This document shows positions 50,461-62,600 of a stretch of DNA of 64,000 nucleotides, one piece after another (position 1 is the first letter of the stretch; the number at the start of each line of letters is the position of its first letter). A program made the position numbers and the translations under genes. The stretch spans positions 49,786,001 through 49,850,000 of the forward strand of contig NC_135804.1 of NCBI RefSeq assembly GCF_964213995.1, given 5' to 3'. The notes beneath the pieces are model-generated. The model was not told the DNA's origin, did not search any database, and saw nothing but the letters and a program-made list of their open reading frames with translations. This stretch comes from Mustelus asterias. Lineage: Eukaryota.

Positions 50461-52788
50461 CTGTGGGAACAAGGAAAAGCTCAACATGTAGTTAGATTAT
50501 CTGGAATTGTCAAGGCGATCATAACTTTTCAAATGCTTCTAAAATGATTAACCAATGGGCAGTTTGACAATTGTGCCAAAGTAATTCAATACAGTGGATA
50601 AAAGGAAACTAGTCTGCTGCGGGGACATCCAGAACAAGCAGCATAATTGGAGCCAAACCACTCAAGAACAAACTCAGGAAGCACAAAAGATGGTGGTGAT
50701 CTGGAACTCTTTCCCCCAATTACTGTGGATGCTGAGCCAACTGAACCTTTCAGCGCTCGGATCGGTGGATATTTGTTAGGCGAGGGATAAGATGCTAGTA
50801 AATGATCCAAAGATGTGCAAGTTAGGTGGATTGGCCATGGTAAATTGCCCCTTAGTGCACCAAGAGATCTAGGTTAGATGGATTAGCCATAGTAAATGTA
50901 TGGGGCTGGGGAGAGAACCAGGGTAAGGTACTCTGTTGGAGAGTCGATGAGCCGAATGGCCTCTTTCTGCACTGTAGGTATTCTATGGTTCTATGATTCT
51001 ATGAGGATCAAACTGAATGGCAGAACAGGCTCGAAGGACTGAATAACCTATTTTCCTTGTTAATTTTCTTGGTTTAAATATTTCTTATTGATTCTAAACA
51101 ATATCTGCCTTGGGATCTAAAGAAGAGTGAATAAATTAAGTTCACTTCAAGAGAAATGGTTTGGTGAAATAAATGGGGAACTCATGAATAAACTCAGGAG
51201 CAGAGTAAATGGAAAACAAGTGGGATGAAGGAACTTGTATTAGACTTGTGAGCTTTTAAAGCACTTAGCCTTTTATTTTGGATCAAGCATGATTAGGATC
51301 TCAAAGTCAGTAAATATGGATTTTCTTTACAGCGTTACAGTTTTCAAGTGTATCCCAAAACATGCATAATTTAGGGATTTTATATTTGATCATTCCTGAA
51401 CTCTGGCATTTGAAGTTTGCTCGAATTCTTGTTTGACACTTGTGTGAATGAATTAACATCCTTGAATTCTGGATCTTTTAGATCAAAAGGAAAACAGCTA
51501 ATGGTTGATGAGTACCCGAGGGTCTTCCTCTTTTCAAAGAGATGTTTCAGTTTACACTGTGACATATGTCAGAAGAGAAAATAACCGCTGGTTAGGACCT
51601 GAAAAGCTAATTGGCTGATAATATTTAAATGGGGGGTGGGGGGTGGGGGGGGGGGGGGGGGGGGGGGGGGGAGACGACTTGAATATCCATCTTGTAAAGG
51701 GAATCTTGAACATCTTATGCGTTTATATTAATAATGGCCAGCATTGATCCAATGGAGCAAATGGCCTCCTTCTGCACTGTAAATGGCTCTGATGTTCAAA
51801 CTGTAATCAATGGGCTGACTATGAAGGCCTTGCGACACATTAGGAGGAAATCATTTTGATCACCATTACATTATGCAATCCATATTCCAATGAACATTAG
51901 AAATAACGCACTTAACCACTTGTTTCTTCTTAATTGCCTCTTTATAAATATTTGCAATTCATTTTTAAATAGTGTAAATATTTATTTCACTCGAAGTGCA
52001 GGAAGATTGAATTAATATAGGATCTCACCACATCTCTTCATAGTGTTTCGCATACAACTAACTGCGTTCAAAGTCTGATCACAGAAGTGGAAATAGCAGT
52101 CATGTTATACACAACAAGAGTAAAACCACAGTTTCTGCTACCTCACGCTATCTCTAACTAATAGACTAACCTCATTTGTGATAATGCAGCATGAGCCTTG
52201 CTGACGTTTAAATGAACAGAGCTGGAATTTCTCCTGCTCTATCATTCCAATTTAGGCAGTAATACACAGGGGAAAATTGGGAATATTAGGTGTGGAGGGT
52301 TGTGCAAGAATCAATTGGTCACAATCTCTGTAACCAAAAGGAGAAGAAAATTGACCATGCTGCATGGCGGGGCCCAGTTGTGATGGTGGTGTCAATGCTA
52401 AATACATTGAAACAAATGCTAATCATTTGTAACATGTTGCCTTTGAACCATTACTCCATTGGTGATCTCCTATTCTTAAATAAAATCAAAGAGATTGCCG
52501 AGTCCGTCCTTGCCAAGTCTTACTATATCCCTGAGAATTGACTTTGAGGTTCTAGTCTTCAGTTTCAAATCCCTCCACATACTTGCTCCTTCCCACTTCC
52601 ATGATTTTCCCCAGATTATAATCCTGCTTCCTGTCTGCAGTTCTCCATCACTGGCTTGTGTCTTATCCCCCTCTCCTTCCACTCTTCAGCGAACTTACTT
52701 TTGCCCTCTTGGTTTCTCCACCTCCTCACCTCCCTTCTTGCTTAGAATCTTCTTCAATTGTGTTTTTATCACATCAATGTCTTCCTCA

Positions 52789-53797
52789 CATAAGACCATA
52801 AGACCATAAGACATAGGAGCGGAAGTAAGGCCATTCGGCCCATCGAGTCCACTCCACCATTCAATCATGGTTGATTTCAACTCCATTTACCCGCTCTCTC
52901 ACCATAGCCCTTAATTCCTCGAGAAATCAAGAATTTATCAATTTCTGTCTTGAAGACGCTCAACGTCTCGGCCTCCACAGCCCTCTGTGGCAATGAATTC
53001 CACAGACCCACCACTCTCTGGCTGAAGAAATTTCTCCTCATCTCTGTTCTAAAGTGACTCCCTTTTATTCTAAGGCTGTGCCCCCGCGTCCTAGTCTCCC
53101 CTGTTAATGGAAACAACTTCCCTACGTCCATCCTATCTAAGCCGTTCATTATCTTGTAAGTTTCTATCAGATCTCCCCTTAACCTCCTAAACTCCAATGA
53201 ATATAATCCCACGATCCTCAGACGTTCATCGTATGTCAGGCCTACCATTCCTGGGATCATCCGTGTGAATCTCCGCTGGACCCGCTCCAGTGCCAGTATG
53301 TCCTTCCTGAGGTGTGGGGCCCAAAATTGCTCACAGTACTCCAAATGGGGCCTAACCAGTGCTTTATAAAGCCTCAGAAGTACATCCCTGCTTTTGTATT
53401 CCAAGCCTCTTGAGATAAATGACAACATTACATTTGCTTTCTTAATTACGGACTCAACCTGCAAGTTTACCTTTAGAGAATCCTGGACTAGGACTCCCAA
53501 GTCCCTTTGCACTTTAGCATTATGAATTTTGTCACCGTTTAGAAAATAGTCCATGCCTCTATTCTTTTTTCCAAAGTGTACGACCTCGCACTTGCCCACG
53601 TTGAATTTCATCAGCCACTTCTTGGACCACTCTCCTAAACTGTCTAAATCTTTCTGCAGCCTCCCCACCTCCTCAATACTACCTGCCCCTCCACCTATCT
53701 TTGTATCATCGGCAAACTTGGCCAGAATGCTCCCAGTCCCGTCATCTAGATCGTTAATATATAAAGAGAACAGCTGTGGCCCCAACACTGAACCCAG
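52789..53797 (-). mobile_element. CR1 LINE, 5'-truncated, open RT C-terminal ORF
   Basis: GSVLGPQLFSLYINDL...KFADDTK is the RT catalytic motif, with a (CTTATGGT)n tail. Confidence 0.92.
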
Positions 53798-54258
53798 CTC
53801 TTTCATTATCCAGACTCTCCATCACCATGTGCCTCAGGATACCTCTTCTTTGTAATAAACTCTACCTTCTTGTGCGCCCCTCACCCTAACATTGACAGCT
53901 GTGCCTTCAGCCTTGTTTTGGAATTCCTCCTCAATCCTCTTCACCTCCCAGCGCTCCCTTCTCTTGCAAAAGAAAGCTTATAACCTGCCTCTTTGACCAA
54001 GTGTTCAGTCATTTGTCCTAAATTTTCTCTTGGTCAATTTTCATCTGTTATGCTCCTGCAGAGTGCCTGCGACACTCTCTATATTAAGTATGCAATATAA
54101 GTGCAAGTTGTCATGAGCACTGTGGAAATATGTTAGTCTTGCAGAAAGCAAAGTTCAGAAAGGAGCTTTTCCAAATGTGATTGCTGTCAGTTGAATCCAC
54201 CTGTAGTATTTGAGAGGCAACAGAGTTTATTTGGAAAGTAGTTATGAGGGTCCCATAC

Positions 54259-54439
54259 CAGTCGATCGGGTTAGACCCCATCCTGAAGTGACACACAACT
54301 TGCCCCCTGGGAAATTGGCAGCCATGCTTGCCAGGCACACAGGGGAAATGCGGTTGGTGAGTCTAACGGGGGAGGTGACCTTCACCAGAGTGACATCATT
54401 ATTGATGTTATACGGATCCCAGCCGGGATGGGTGATGAC
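54259..54439 (-). CDS. Chymotrypsin A/B-like exon 5 (Asp102)
   Basis: tacag|VITHPGWDPYNINNDVTLVKVTSPVRLTNRISPVCLASMAANFPGGKLCVTSGWGLTRST|gtatgg. 181 nt. Confidence 0.9.
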
Positions 54440-55894
54440 CTGTAACAGAAAAGTAAAAAGATTAGATCTCGCTCACTGGAGATGACTAAGCTTCCATCCT
54501 GTTGCACTGAAGGAACGGTACCTTCCCTCAGGTTTGGTAAGGAGCTCACCTGCTGCCATTTCACCAGTAATCCCATTTACCTCATCAAGGAGTGGGGGAG
54601 GGCGGTTCCAGTCAGTTGAATGGGAACAATTGTGAAGAATCAGCACTGAGAGGTTGCAACTATATCCAAACCTGTTGCTTTAAACTCTTTATGGATTGGT
54701 GTGGCCTTGTGGCACAGAATGATGCCTAATCTTCATAGTTCAGGACAACCAATCCCTAAATCTCCTTTTGAGCCAGATTTGGGAATTGTGAACCTTTGGT
54801 GAGATGAGGGGTAATTTCCCTGGTTATTTTTAAAATTTGATTTCACATAGCTAACAGGATTACCAATTTTTTGAGGCGCTCTTGAGGGGATCAATATTTT
54901 TTTTAAAACTGGGCCGTTTATGATTTTTGGGGTTATATGCGAGATCGGCACTGTCCATTACTGGACTTTGAAAGAAGCTTGCAGCATTAAGACAGAGAAG
55001 AAAAAGATTAATGTTTCAGATCTACAGACTCTCCACATTCTCCACAGATGCTGCTGATCTTTCCAGTGTTTTATGTGATGTTTATTTCAAATTTCCAGCA
55101 TGTGTAGTATGCGTAGTGTTTCGCTTTTAGTTTTAAACAGCCTTGTCCAGAGTTGGGAATGTTTCAAGACTGTTAAATGGGGGAACAACTGGAAGCAAGG
55201 TGCTTTGAAAGTTTGACATTCTTGTCCCTCCAAGCATTTATGTAGGACCGTCACTGAGACAAGACCCTTCCTGATTTTTACAACCCTCTTAATTAATTTA
55301 CATACAGATCCCGGGTGGGATTTTCCAGTCCTACGTGACAGCAGGATTCTCCAATCCTGCCAAAGGCGACCCCCAGTGACGGGTTCCCCGGCAGTGGGAC
55401 TGTGAGCCACACAAAACACCATGGACATCGGTGGGACCGAAAGATCCCACTGGCAGCCAATGGAGAGTAGTCTCCACTGCCGGAAACTATGCTACCGGGG
55501 GATGAGCGGGGGGATGGGAGAGGGGTGTATGGAAAATCTCGTTGTTTCTTACAAGCAATAAAATCAATTGAAATTATGGATTTGTCATTATGACCAATTA
55601 ATGTATTTTCGTTCCCTGTAGGAAGGACAAGTTTAAACCTGGGGCAAGCTACATAATTATCAATACAATACACCCAGGGTAACTGGCCCCATATTACATT
55701 GCACCACCAATCTCTAAGCAAATCTAATAAAGGGAAGGTAACATTAATAAGATCAGAGTAAAGAACATTTTTGTTCTTGTAATTTAGATAAAAGCAAGCT
55801 CAGGCATGTGTTGGCATGGCCTCTTGAGTTAGCAATACCAACCACTGCAACCAGCACAGAATAAAAGTGTAAATGCAGAAGGAACGTCTCGTGA

Positions 55895-56648
55895 CGTTCA
55901 CGAGGGGTCATAGGTTCAAGGTGAAGGGGGGGAGGTTTAACACAGATATCAGAAGGACATATTTCACACAGAGGGTCGTGGGGGCCTGGAATGTGTTGCC
56001 GGGCAAGGTGGTGGAGGCGGACACACTGGGAACGTTTAAGACTTATCTAGACAGCTATATGAACGGAGTGGGAATGGAGGGATACAAAAGAGTGGTCTAG
56101 TTTGGACCAGGGAGCGGCGCGGGCTAATTGTTCTTTGTTTCTCGTTTCAAGGCTTCATTCTATGATCATCTTGCTGGTGCCAGTACAGAGCGAGACTGCG
56201 GATAGTTGGGAACCTGTCTCGGGGGCAGGGAATTCAGATGGTGTTCGTAAAGCAGAAGTGGAAATGAATAGGGTTGGGAAGCATTTTCTGATCAGGGCCA
56301 GTGTGATCTCTTGGACTTGTTTCGATCGCCACAGGGGGTCGGAGAGGAATTTCCCAGATTTTTTTTTTCCCCATATTGGCCCTGGGGTTTTCACTCTGGG
56401 TTTTCGCCTCTCCCTGGAGATCACATGGTCTGGAATGGGGGGGTGGGGGTGAGTTAATAGGTTGTGATGAACAAAGCATCGTAGCTGTGAGGGACAGCTC
56501 GGTGGATAGGATATTAGGATGTAGATAGGCTGGAAAATTGGGCGGGGATCCTGGATTCAGGATTCAATCCTGGACCGGGGAGCGGCGCGGGCTTGGAGGG
56601 CCGAAGGGCCTGTTCCTGTGCTGTATTGTTCTTTGTTCTTTGTTCTTT
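55895..56648 (+). mobile_element. CR1 3' fragment with long 3' UTR
   Basis: TRGHRFKV...FTQRVVGAWN ORF end. GGAGCGGCGCGGGCT occurs twice, and the tail is (TTCTTTG)n. Confidence 0.8.
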
Positions 56649-57115
56649 GTAATACTGGTACCAGGAGGAACCCATTCTGAACAGGACAATGAGAACAGTT
56701 CGGAACTGGTGATCCAACAGAAACCACCAGTTATTAATAACAAAATATTCACGCAATGGTAACCTGAGAAAACGAATTATTGCTGACATGAATTAGGATG
56801 TGAGGGTTTTATTTAGTTAAAGAATGAAGAGAATAAATAAGGTAAGATCAAAATCTTATCCTTTGTGTCAGTAGGAACATTTCTCTTTGAGTTCGACAGA
56901 GTTTGAGAAGTTTATTCATTTGAATCTTGTAATTTGTTTGGAAAACTGGGCTTCACCAGCAAGGTTGGCATTTATCACGCGTCTCTCATTGCCCCGAGAA
57001 GCTGCTGGTGAGGCCGCTTCTATTTGATGGATCCGAGAAGGCAGTTAACCACGTACAGGCCACATTGGTTAAGGATGAGAGGGTTCCTTCATTAAGGAAT
57101 GTTAATAAACTCATA

Positions 57116-57520
57116 GGGGCGATCTTACAAAAAAATTCTAAGTGCCGAACGAGCGTGAAAACGGGAGAGACTCGCGTTCTTTTTTTGGGCAAGCTCCCAG
57201 ATGCAATCGTATAGCACTTAGAAAAAAAACTGAGATGAAGTGTGATTCTTGCCACCAGGGGGAGTGGACAGAGCCTATCCACACCGGGAAACCAGCTGTT
57301 GAGCTGTAGGGGCGCTATTGTGCATGCGCCCCAATCTCCCAGTGCAGATCGCTGGCCCTGATCGCCTTCCCAGGCGTGAGGCTGATTACGGCAGCGGAAA
57401 ACGGCTGGTAACATTGCAAGAGGTGAGAAACCAGGCGTGAAGCCTAATTTTTGCCCCTTGCCTGATTTTACCAGCTCGCCATGCCAATCGACCAGCGTGA
57501 CGAGCCAGTAAGATCGCCCC
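57116..57520. mobile_element. MITE with 13-bp TIRs
   Basis: GGGGCGATCTTAC...GTAAGATCGCCCC, flanked by CATA on both sides and inserted in a SINE. Related GC-rich TIR elements lie near 22458-22593, 30869-30990, 34650-35293, 35826-35961, 38623-38756 and 55312-55540. Confidence 0.75.
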
Positions 57521-57746
57521 CATAGGTTTTTGCAACAATTGGCAGCCTCATGGCCACATTTACTGGTGCCAGCTTTTTATTTCTAGATTTTGTTTGAACT
57601 GAATTCAGATTCTGAAGCTGCTATGGTGGGATTTGACTTTGCAGTAACTGCTTTACTAGTTCACTAACATTGTCAGTACACTATTCCAACCTATGATTTC
57701 TTTCTGTAAAAGTCAGCAGTGGAGGTGCCAGAGGGCTTCTTGGTAC

Positions 57747-57825
57747 CTTTTCAATCCTCAGAACCTGGGTGCCTTCTTTTGTCGAACATTTATTGGACGC
57801 TCCAACGACAGCCCGGTGTGATGTG
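57747..57825 (-). CDS. Chymotrypsin A/B-like exon 4
   Basis: catag|(S)TSHRAVVGASNKCSTKEGTQVLRIEK|gtacca. 79 nt, phase-consistent. Confidence 0.85.
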
Positions 57826-57921
57826 CTATGGGAAAGCGAGACATTGCTCAGCGTAAGGGACTTCTGTCCATTAATGCTATCATTGTGGATTCTGAACATT
57901 CTCACCGAGTGGTATTCTTAC

Positions 57922-58001
57922 CTCACGCCGCAATGGGCAGCAGTCACAAGCCAGTTTTCACTGATTAAGGAGCCTCCACAGAAATGCCAGCCAGTGGCGT
58001 C
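57922..58001 (-). CDS. Chymotrypsin A/B-like exon 3 (His57)
   Basis: aacag|[26 protein letters not shown]|gtaaga. 80 nt. Confidence 0.9.
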
Positions 58002-58626
58002 CTGTTCGAAAGAAGCGATGAGTATTTAGCAGTGAAAAGGGAAAAAAAAATCAGTTTCCTTTGGCCGTCACCATGTCAAAATCTAACACTGTCAATCAAA
58101 ATTTCCGACCCATTCAAACATCACCGCAACCCTTGCTGTGTACAGCGTCAACATTAAAGTGACAAATATACGAGTCTAAAGCTGATTTGTCACATTTTTG
58201 GGGGCAGTCTCAAAGCTGTGATCATTGTACTTTTTCCAAAAAAAATTATGTGTCAAATGATTAGTCTTTAAAACTGTCCACAATATATGTTTGCAGAAAT
58301 GATATTGAAATCAAAATAAGTTGATTGTTTCAGGACAGAAACCTTGACCCAAATTTTGGCAGTCAGGGGTGAAGTGTTGACATCAAAACAAGCTACTCAT
58401 AAAGATTTAGTGATCTGGATGGCACGGATTCCACCTTTTCCTGTGCCAATTTCATCCTGGCACCAGATATTGGGCATCTCAGGTATTCAGCAACACTGAT
58501 GTCATCAGATAGGCTAAGCAACCAATCAGATTGAAGAATCCTCACAGATAGCAAACCAAATAACAAGCAGGCTCTATCTTTTCTGATTTTATAATTTTAC
58601 AGAAAGTGAAATTAAGATTAAGATAG

Positions 58627-59458
58627 ACAAAGAACAAAGAACAAAGAAAATTACAGCACAGGACCAGGCCCTTCGGCCCTCCAAGCCTGCACCGACCATG
58701 CTGCCTGACTGAACTAAAACCCCCTACCCTTCCAGGGATCATATCCCTCTATTCCCATCCTATTCATGCATTTGTCAAGACTCCCCTTAAAAGTCACTAT
58801 TGTATCTGCTTCCACTACCTCCCCTGGCAGCGAGTTCCAGGCACCCACCACCCTCTGTGTAAAAAAACTGCCTCGTACATCTCCTTTAAACCTTGTCCCT
58901 CGCACCTTAAACCTGTGCCCCCTAGTAATTGATTCTTCCACCCTGGGAAAAAGCTTCTGACTATCCATTGTGTCCATGCCTCTCATAATCTTGTGGACTT
59001 CTATCAGCTCGCCCCTCAACCTCCGTCGCTCCAGTGAGAACAAACCAAGTTTCTCCAACCTCTCCTCATAGCTAATGCCTTCCATACCGGGCAACATCCT
59101 GGTAAATCTTTTCTGTACCCTCTCCAAAGCCTCCACATCCTTCTGGTAGTGTGGCGACCAGAATTGAACACTATATTCCAAGTGCGACTTAACTATGGTT
59201 CTATATAGCTGCAGCATGACTTGCCAATTTTTAAACTCAATGCCCCAGCCGATGAAAGCAAGCATGCCGTATGCCTTCTTGACTACCTTCTCCACCTGCG
59301 TTGCCACTTTCAGTGACCTGTGTATCTGTATACCCAGATCCCTCTGCCTATCAATACTCTTAAGGGTTCTGCCATTTACTGTATATTTCCTATTTGTATT
59401 AGATCTTCCAAAATGCATTACTTCACATTTGTCCGGATTAAACTCCATCTGCCATCTC
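58627..59458 (-). mobile_element. CR1 LINE, 5'-truncated, open ORF
   Basis: RWQMEFNPDKCEVMHFG...SLERRRLRG, with a (TTCTTTG)n tail. Confidence 0.9.
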
Positions 59459-60728
59459 TTCGTGTGGGATGAAGGTAGTAGCAGAAACATTATAGACCAA
59501 CTTCACAAAAAGTTAATTGAAAGGGAAAAATTCGACTTTCTACAAATATAAAATTTACTTTTCAGGGCCAGCGACACTGTTCAAGTATAGATTTTGATTT
59601 AGAACTCTATTAAAAGCCAAGTTACACCTCATTCAACAAGGCATTGCCTTTTCAAGTGCTTTAATTGTGAGATCAATTGGGTTGAGGGTCCAAACTAAAA
59701 GCAGAATTTAAAGGTAACAAAAGCTGTGTTGTTCCCTGATACTTGTACTACTTGGAAAAGGGATCAATGGATTAGAAAGTCAAATGTGTGACTGAAGAAC
59801 TGGGTCTGGGCTTTCAGCTTTGAGGCAGGAATCCTGAGTCATGCTATTTCCCTACGTCACTATCCCGCCTCTTGCCTATCAGTGCCCACTCCTGCTATTT
59901 TCATCATGGGTGGTGGGCTGGGCTGGAGTTGAGGCTGGCATCTCTGGAAGCAGGCATGAGGCTGGAATGGATGTGAGTGGATGCTGAGACAGGCAAGTTA
60001 GAAGTCCTGCCTCTATTCCCTGGGACATCGGCCCAGATCAGATGCCGAGTTCTCACCCCCGGCAAATCTCCCTTTACCCCATATATCCCATTGTTCCCCT
60101 GTGCCCTTCCCGCTGCTGATTACATGTTCAGCCATGTGTGATGAGAGGTGGTGGTGGCTGGAGCATTGAGCTCCAAATGGCACCATTGGTGTCAAATTGG
60201 GATTGTACACAGATTGGCGGCATAGTTTAGCTGCTCTGCACATTTCTAGAAGATGTTTCGTGCCCTCACCAATACGGTGGCTGGCACAATACTTCAGAGT
60301 TGTGTGTGCATGACTCAGATACCATTTTTGGATCTCAAGCAGCAACTGCAGTGCCCAAGCACACCGTACTCCCTGTCTGAGATTTCCACTGCAGATGTTG
60401 CAAGAAAATACAATCTGAGATTATCCAGAGCTTCATTGTTCCCAGGGAATGAGGTCTAACAGATCAGATACTATTTGTACATTTCCTGCTCCAGGTGAAA
60501 AAAAAAACATAAAATGACTGCGTCATCGAAAATAGGAAAGAGAACAGAAACAGTACTATAGAACAACACATCAGCACAGTGCTTCACACTGCTGCCTCAC
60601 AGCACCAGGGACCTGGGTTCGATTCCCGGCTTGGGTCACTGCTGCTTTGTGAACCGTGTCTGCCATTAATGATGGTATATGTGGTACATCGGGAGTTGTG
60701 CTAATCTCTAACCGTAGTAACAACATAC

Positions 60729-60832
60729 CTGCAGGGAGACCTGCCACGGCCAGGACCCTGAGACAGCATTTTCACCATTTACAATCCGGGCATAGCCAGT
60801 GACAACAGGGCTGATAGCTGGGACCCCACAAC
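60729..60832 (-). CDS. Chymotrypsin A/B-like exon 2 (activation peptide)
   Basis: tctag|(S)[34 protein letters not shown]|gtatgt. 104 nt. Confidence 0.92.
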
Positions 60833-60924
60833 CTAGATTTAAAGTGCATAATTAGGGATTAGTTTAAGTATCATACCTCCAACTAAAACAGAAGCTAAAA
60901 TAGTCACTTTAAAATTTAACTTAC

Positions 60925-60982
60925 TCTGTCCGTAAGCTGTGCCGAGGACGGCGAGACAGGAGATGAGCCAGAGGAAAGCCAT
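60925..60982 (-). CDS. Chymotrypsin A/B-like exon 1 (signal peptide)
   Basis: MAFLWLISCLAVLGTAYGQ+A|gtaagt. The seven exons sum to 798 nt (265 aa plus stop). Confidence 0.88.
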
Positions 60983-61033
60983 GGCTTTTGCTTTGGCAGT
61001 TGTTTTGAGTTTGAGAATTGAGATTTAAGGCAA

Positions 61034-61039
61034 TTTATA
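61034..61039 (-). promoter_or_regulatory. TATA box of the chymotrypsin A/B-like gene
   Basis: TATAAA 52 nt upstream of the ATG. Confidence 0.6.
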
Positions 61040-61319
61040 GCCTAACTGTGATGTTGGCGATCAAACAGATTAAAGCTGAGCTTTATAACCATGTGTACCT
61101 GACAACATTTCTTTCCAAAGTAAATTGATGATGTGGAAAGTACACCCATTATTGAAACAGTGAATATAAATTACTGACTCCTGATAAATTCTGTATGTGT
61201 GTCTGGAAATGTTGAACACAGATGGAAGTTTCTGCAAAGCGAGGCTCTGGCAATCTTTGTAATGTGCCCATTTAATGATGCAATATAATCTAAATAGGGT
61301 GACAGAGAGTATTATGCAC

Positions 61320-61920
61320 TGAAGGCAAAAGAGACATGCTGTCGAAGCTTTTTCTCTTGTACTCATCAGGACAGATTCAAGAATTTCAAATTTCAAAAGG
61401 AACAACAATTTATACTGCATGAGAAAAGGGGTGCTGATTGGTTGTCGAGTTTACTCTGATTGGTTGCGATGTTTCCATGACTAGGAAGTTTTTGTTTATT
61501 TTATAAAGATGCAGTGACTGGACAGGTGCCTGTCTATGAATGTATGTAGAATATAGAAGCTTAAGTGAGCCCTCTCTTAAACTTGTTATTAGTGTAATTC
61601 TTAGCACACTTGGGATGGTTTAGCAAGTGCTGCCCAGTTGTAAAATCGCACTTAACATTAGACATTATGTTCTGAGTTTTGCAAGCGCAGGATGGTTCAA
61701 TATGGTCAGTATTCTGCCTGTTGTAACAGCTGAAGGGATGAGCTGTTTGATATGATTCACCAGTCGTTGGGAGATACACTTACAAACCTGGCATCACACT
61801 GGCACTGAAATTCCAAAACCACACTACACACTTGTGTGGTAGGCAGAACACCTTTTAAGCTTGACGGCAGCATCCGGTTAGTAGGCCGTACATTCAACCA
61901 ATACAAGGCTTTAATCGATA
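61320..61920 (-). mobile_element. Degenerate Penelope-like fragment (second family)
   Basis: ORF piece CDFTTGQHLLNHPKCAKNYTNNKFK resembles the PLE GIY-YIG region. A degenerate CTGATGAG...AAAAGCTTC hammerhead-like motif lies at ~61339-61370. Confidence 0.55.
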
Positions 61921-62444
61921 TTCTGTAAATTGGCACCGTGAGTTTACAGGCTATTTTGTGCGGCCATCTTGGTGGCCCATCACATTAAATTCTCCATGAA
62001 GGTGGACATTCTTTCAATGGAGGTGGACACTAATGGAAGTGCCTGAGACATCATGGCTTGAGATTGTCTCCTCCATTTTCTGTACAAGGGTGCATATTAC
62101 CCCTGGAAATTCTAATGGAAGCACAGACATTTCCATTCCTGTTCCATAAGTACCCATTTGGGGTATGACCCGAGGCCTAGCATCTGTGTCGAGCTGCACA
62201 GAACTTGAATTGTCTGCACTCTCCAACTGGGACTCTGCTGCTGTTCCTGTCTCCAGCATCTGTGATGTGTTCCTCATCATGTGCCATCCTGTCTCTCTGT
62301 GTGTATGTATCTGAGTTGGCTGAGGATACACAAGAGTCATGTGACACTCATCCCTCATCTCCTCCATTGGGAGTGACAGGCCTCCAACTCAATTTTCAAG
62401 TTTGCTGATGACTCCACTTTAATGGGTCGGATCTCAAACAATCC

Positions 62445-62600
62445 TACACATCCTTGGACTTTGGGAGAAAACCAGAGCACCCAGAGGAAACCCACACAGA
62501 CAAGGGGAGAACGTGCAGACTCCACACAGACAATCATCCAAGACTGCCTCACAGTTCCGGGTCCCTGGCACTGTGAGGCAGCAGTGCTAACCACTGCACC
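62445..62600 (-). mobile_element. HE1-like SINE 5' fragment
   Basis: Head and V-core only. Confidence 0.7.

Noticed and set aside
52877-53806. Reverse-transcriptase ORFs as host genes or a retron/defence-like system
   Set aside because: These are 5'-truncated CR1 ORF2 ends with LINE tails, lacking the endonuclease and a true start.
59860-60440. Harbinger transposase remnant
   Set aside because: Only a vague resemblance, with no clear catalytic motif or TIR pair.
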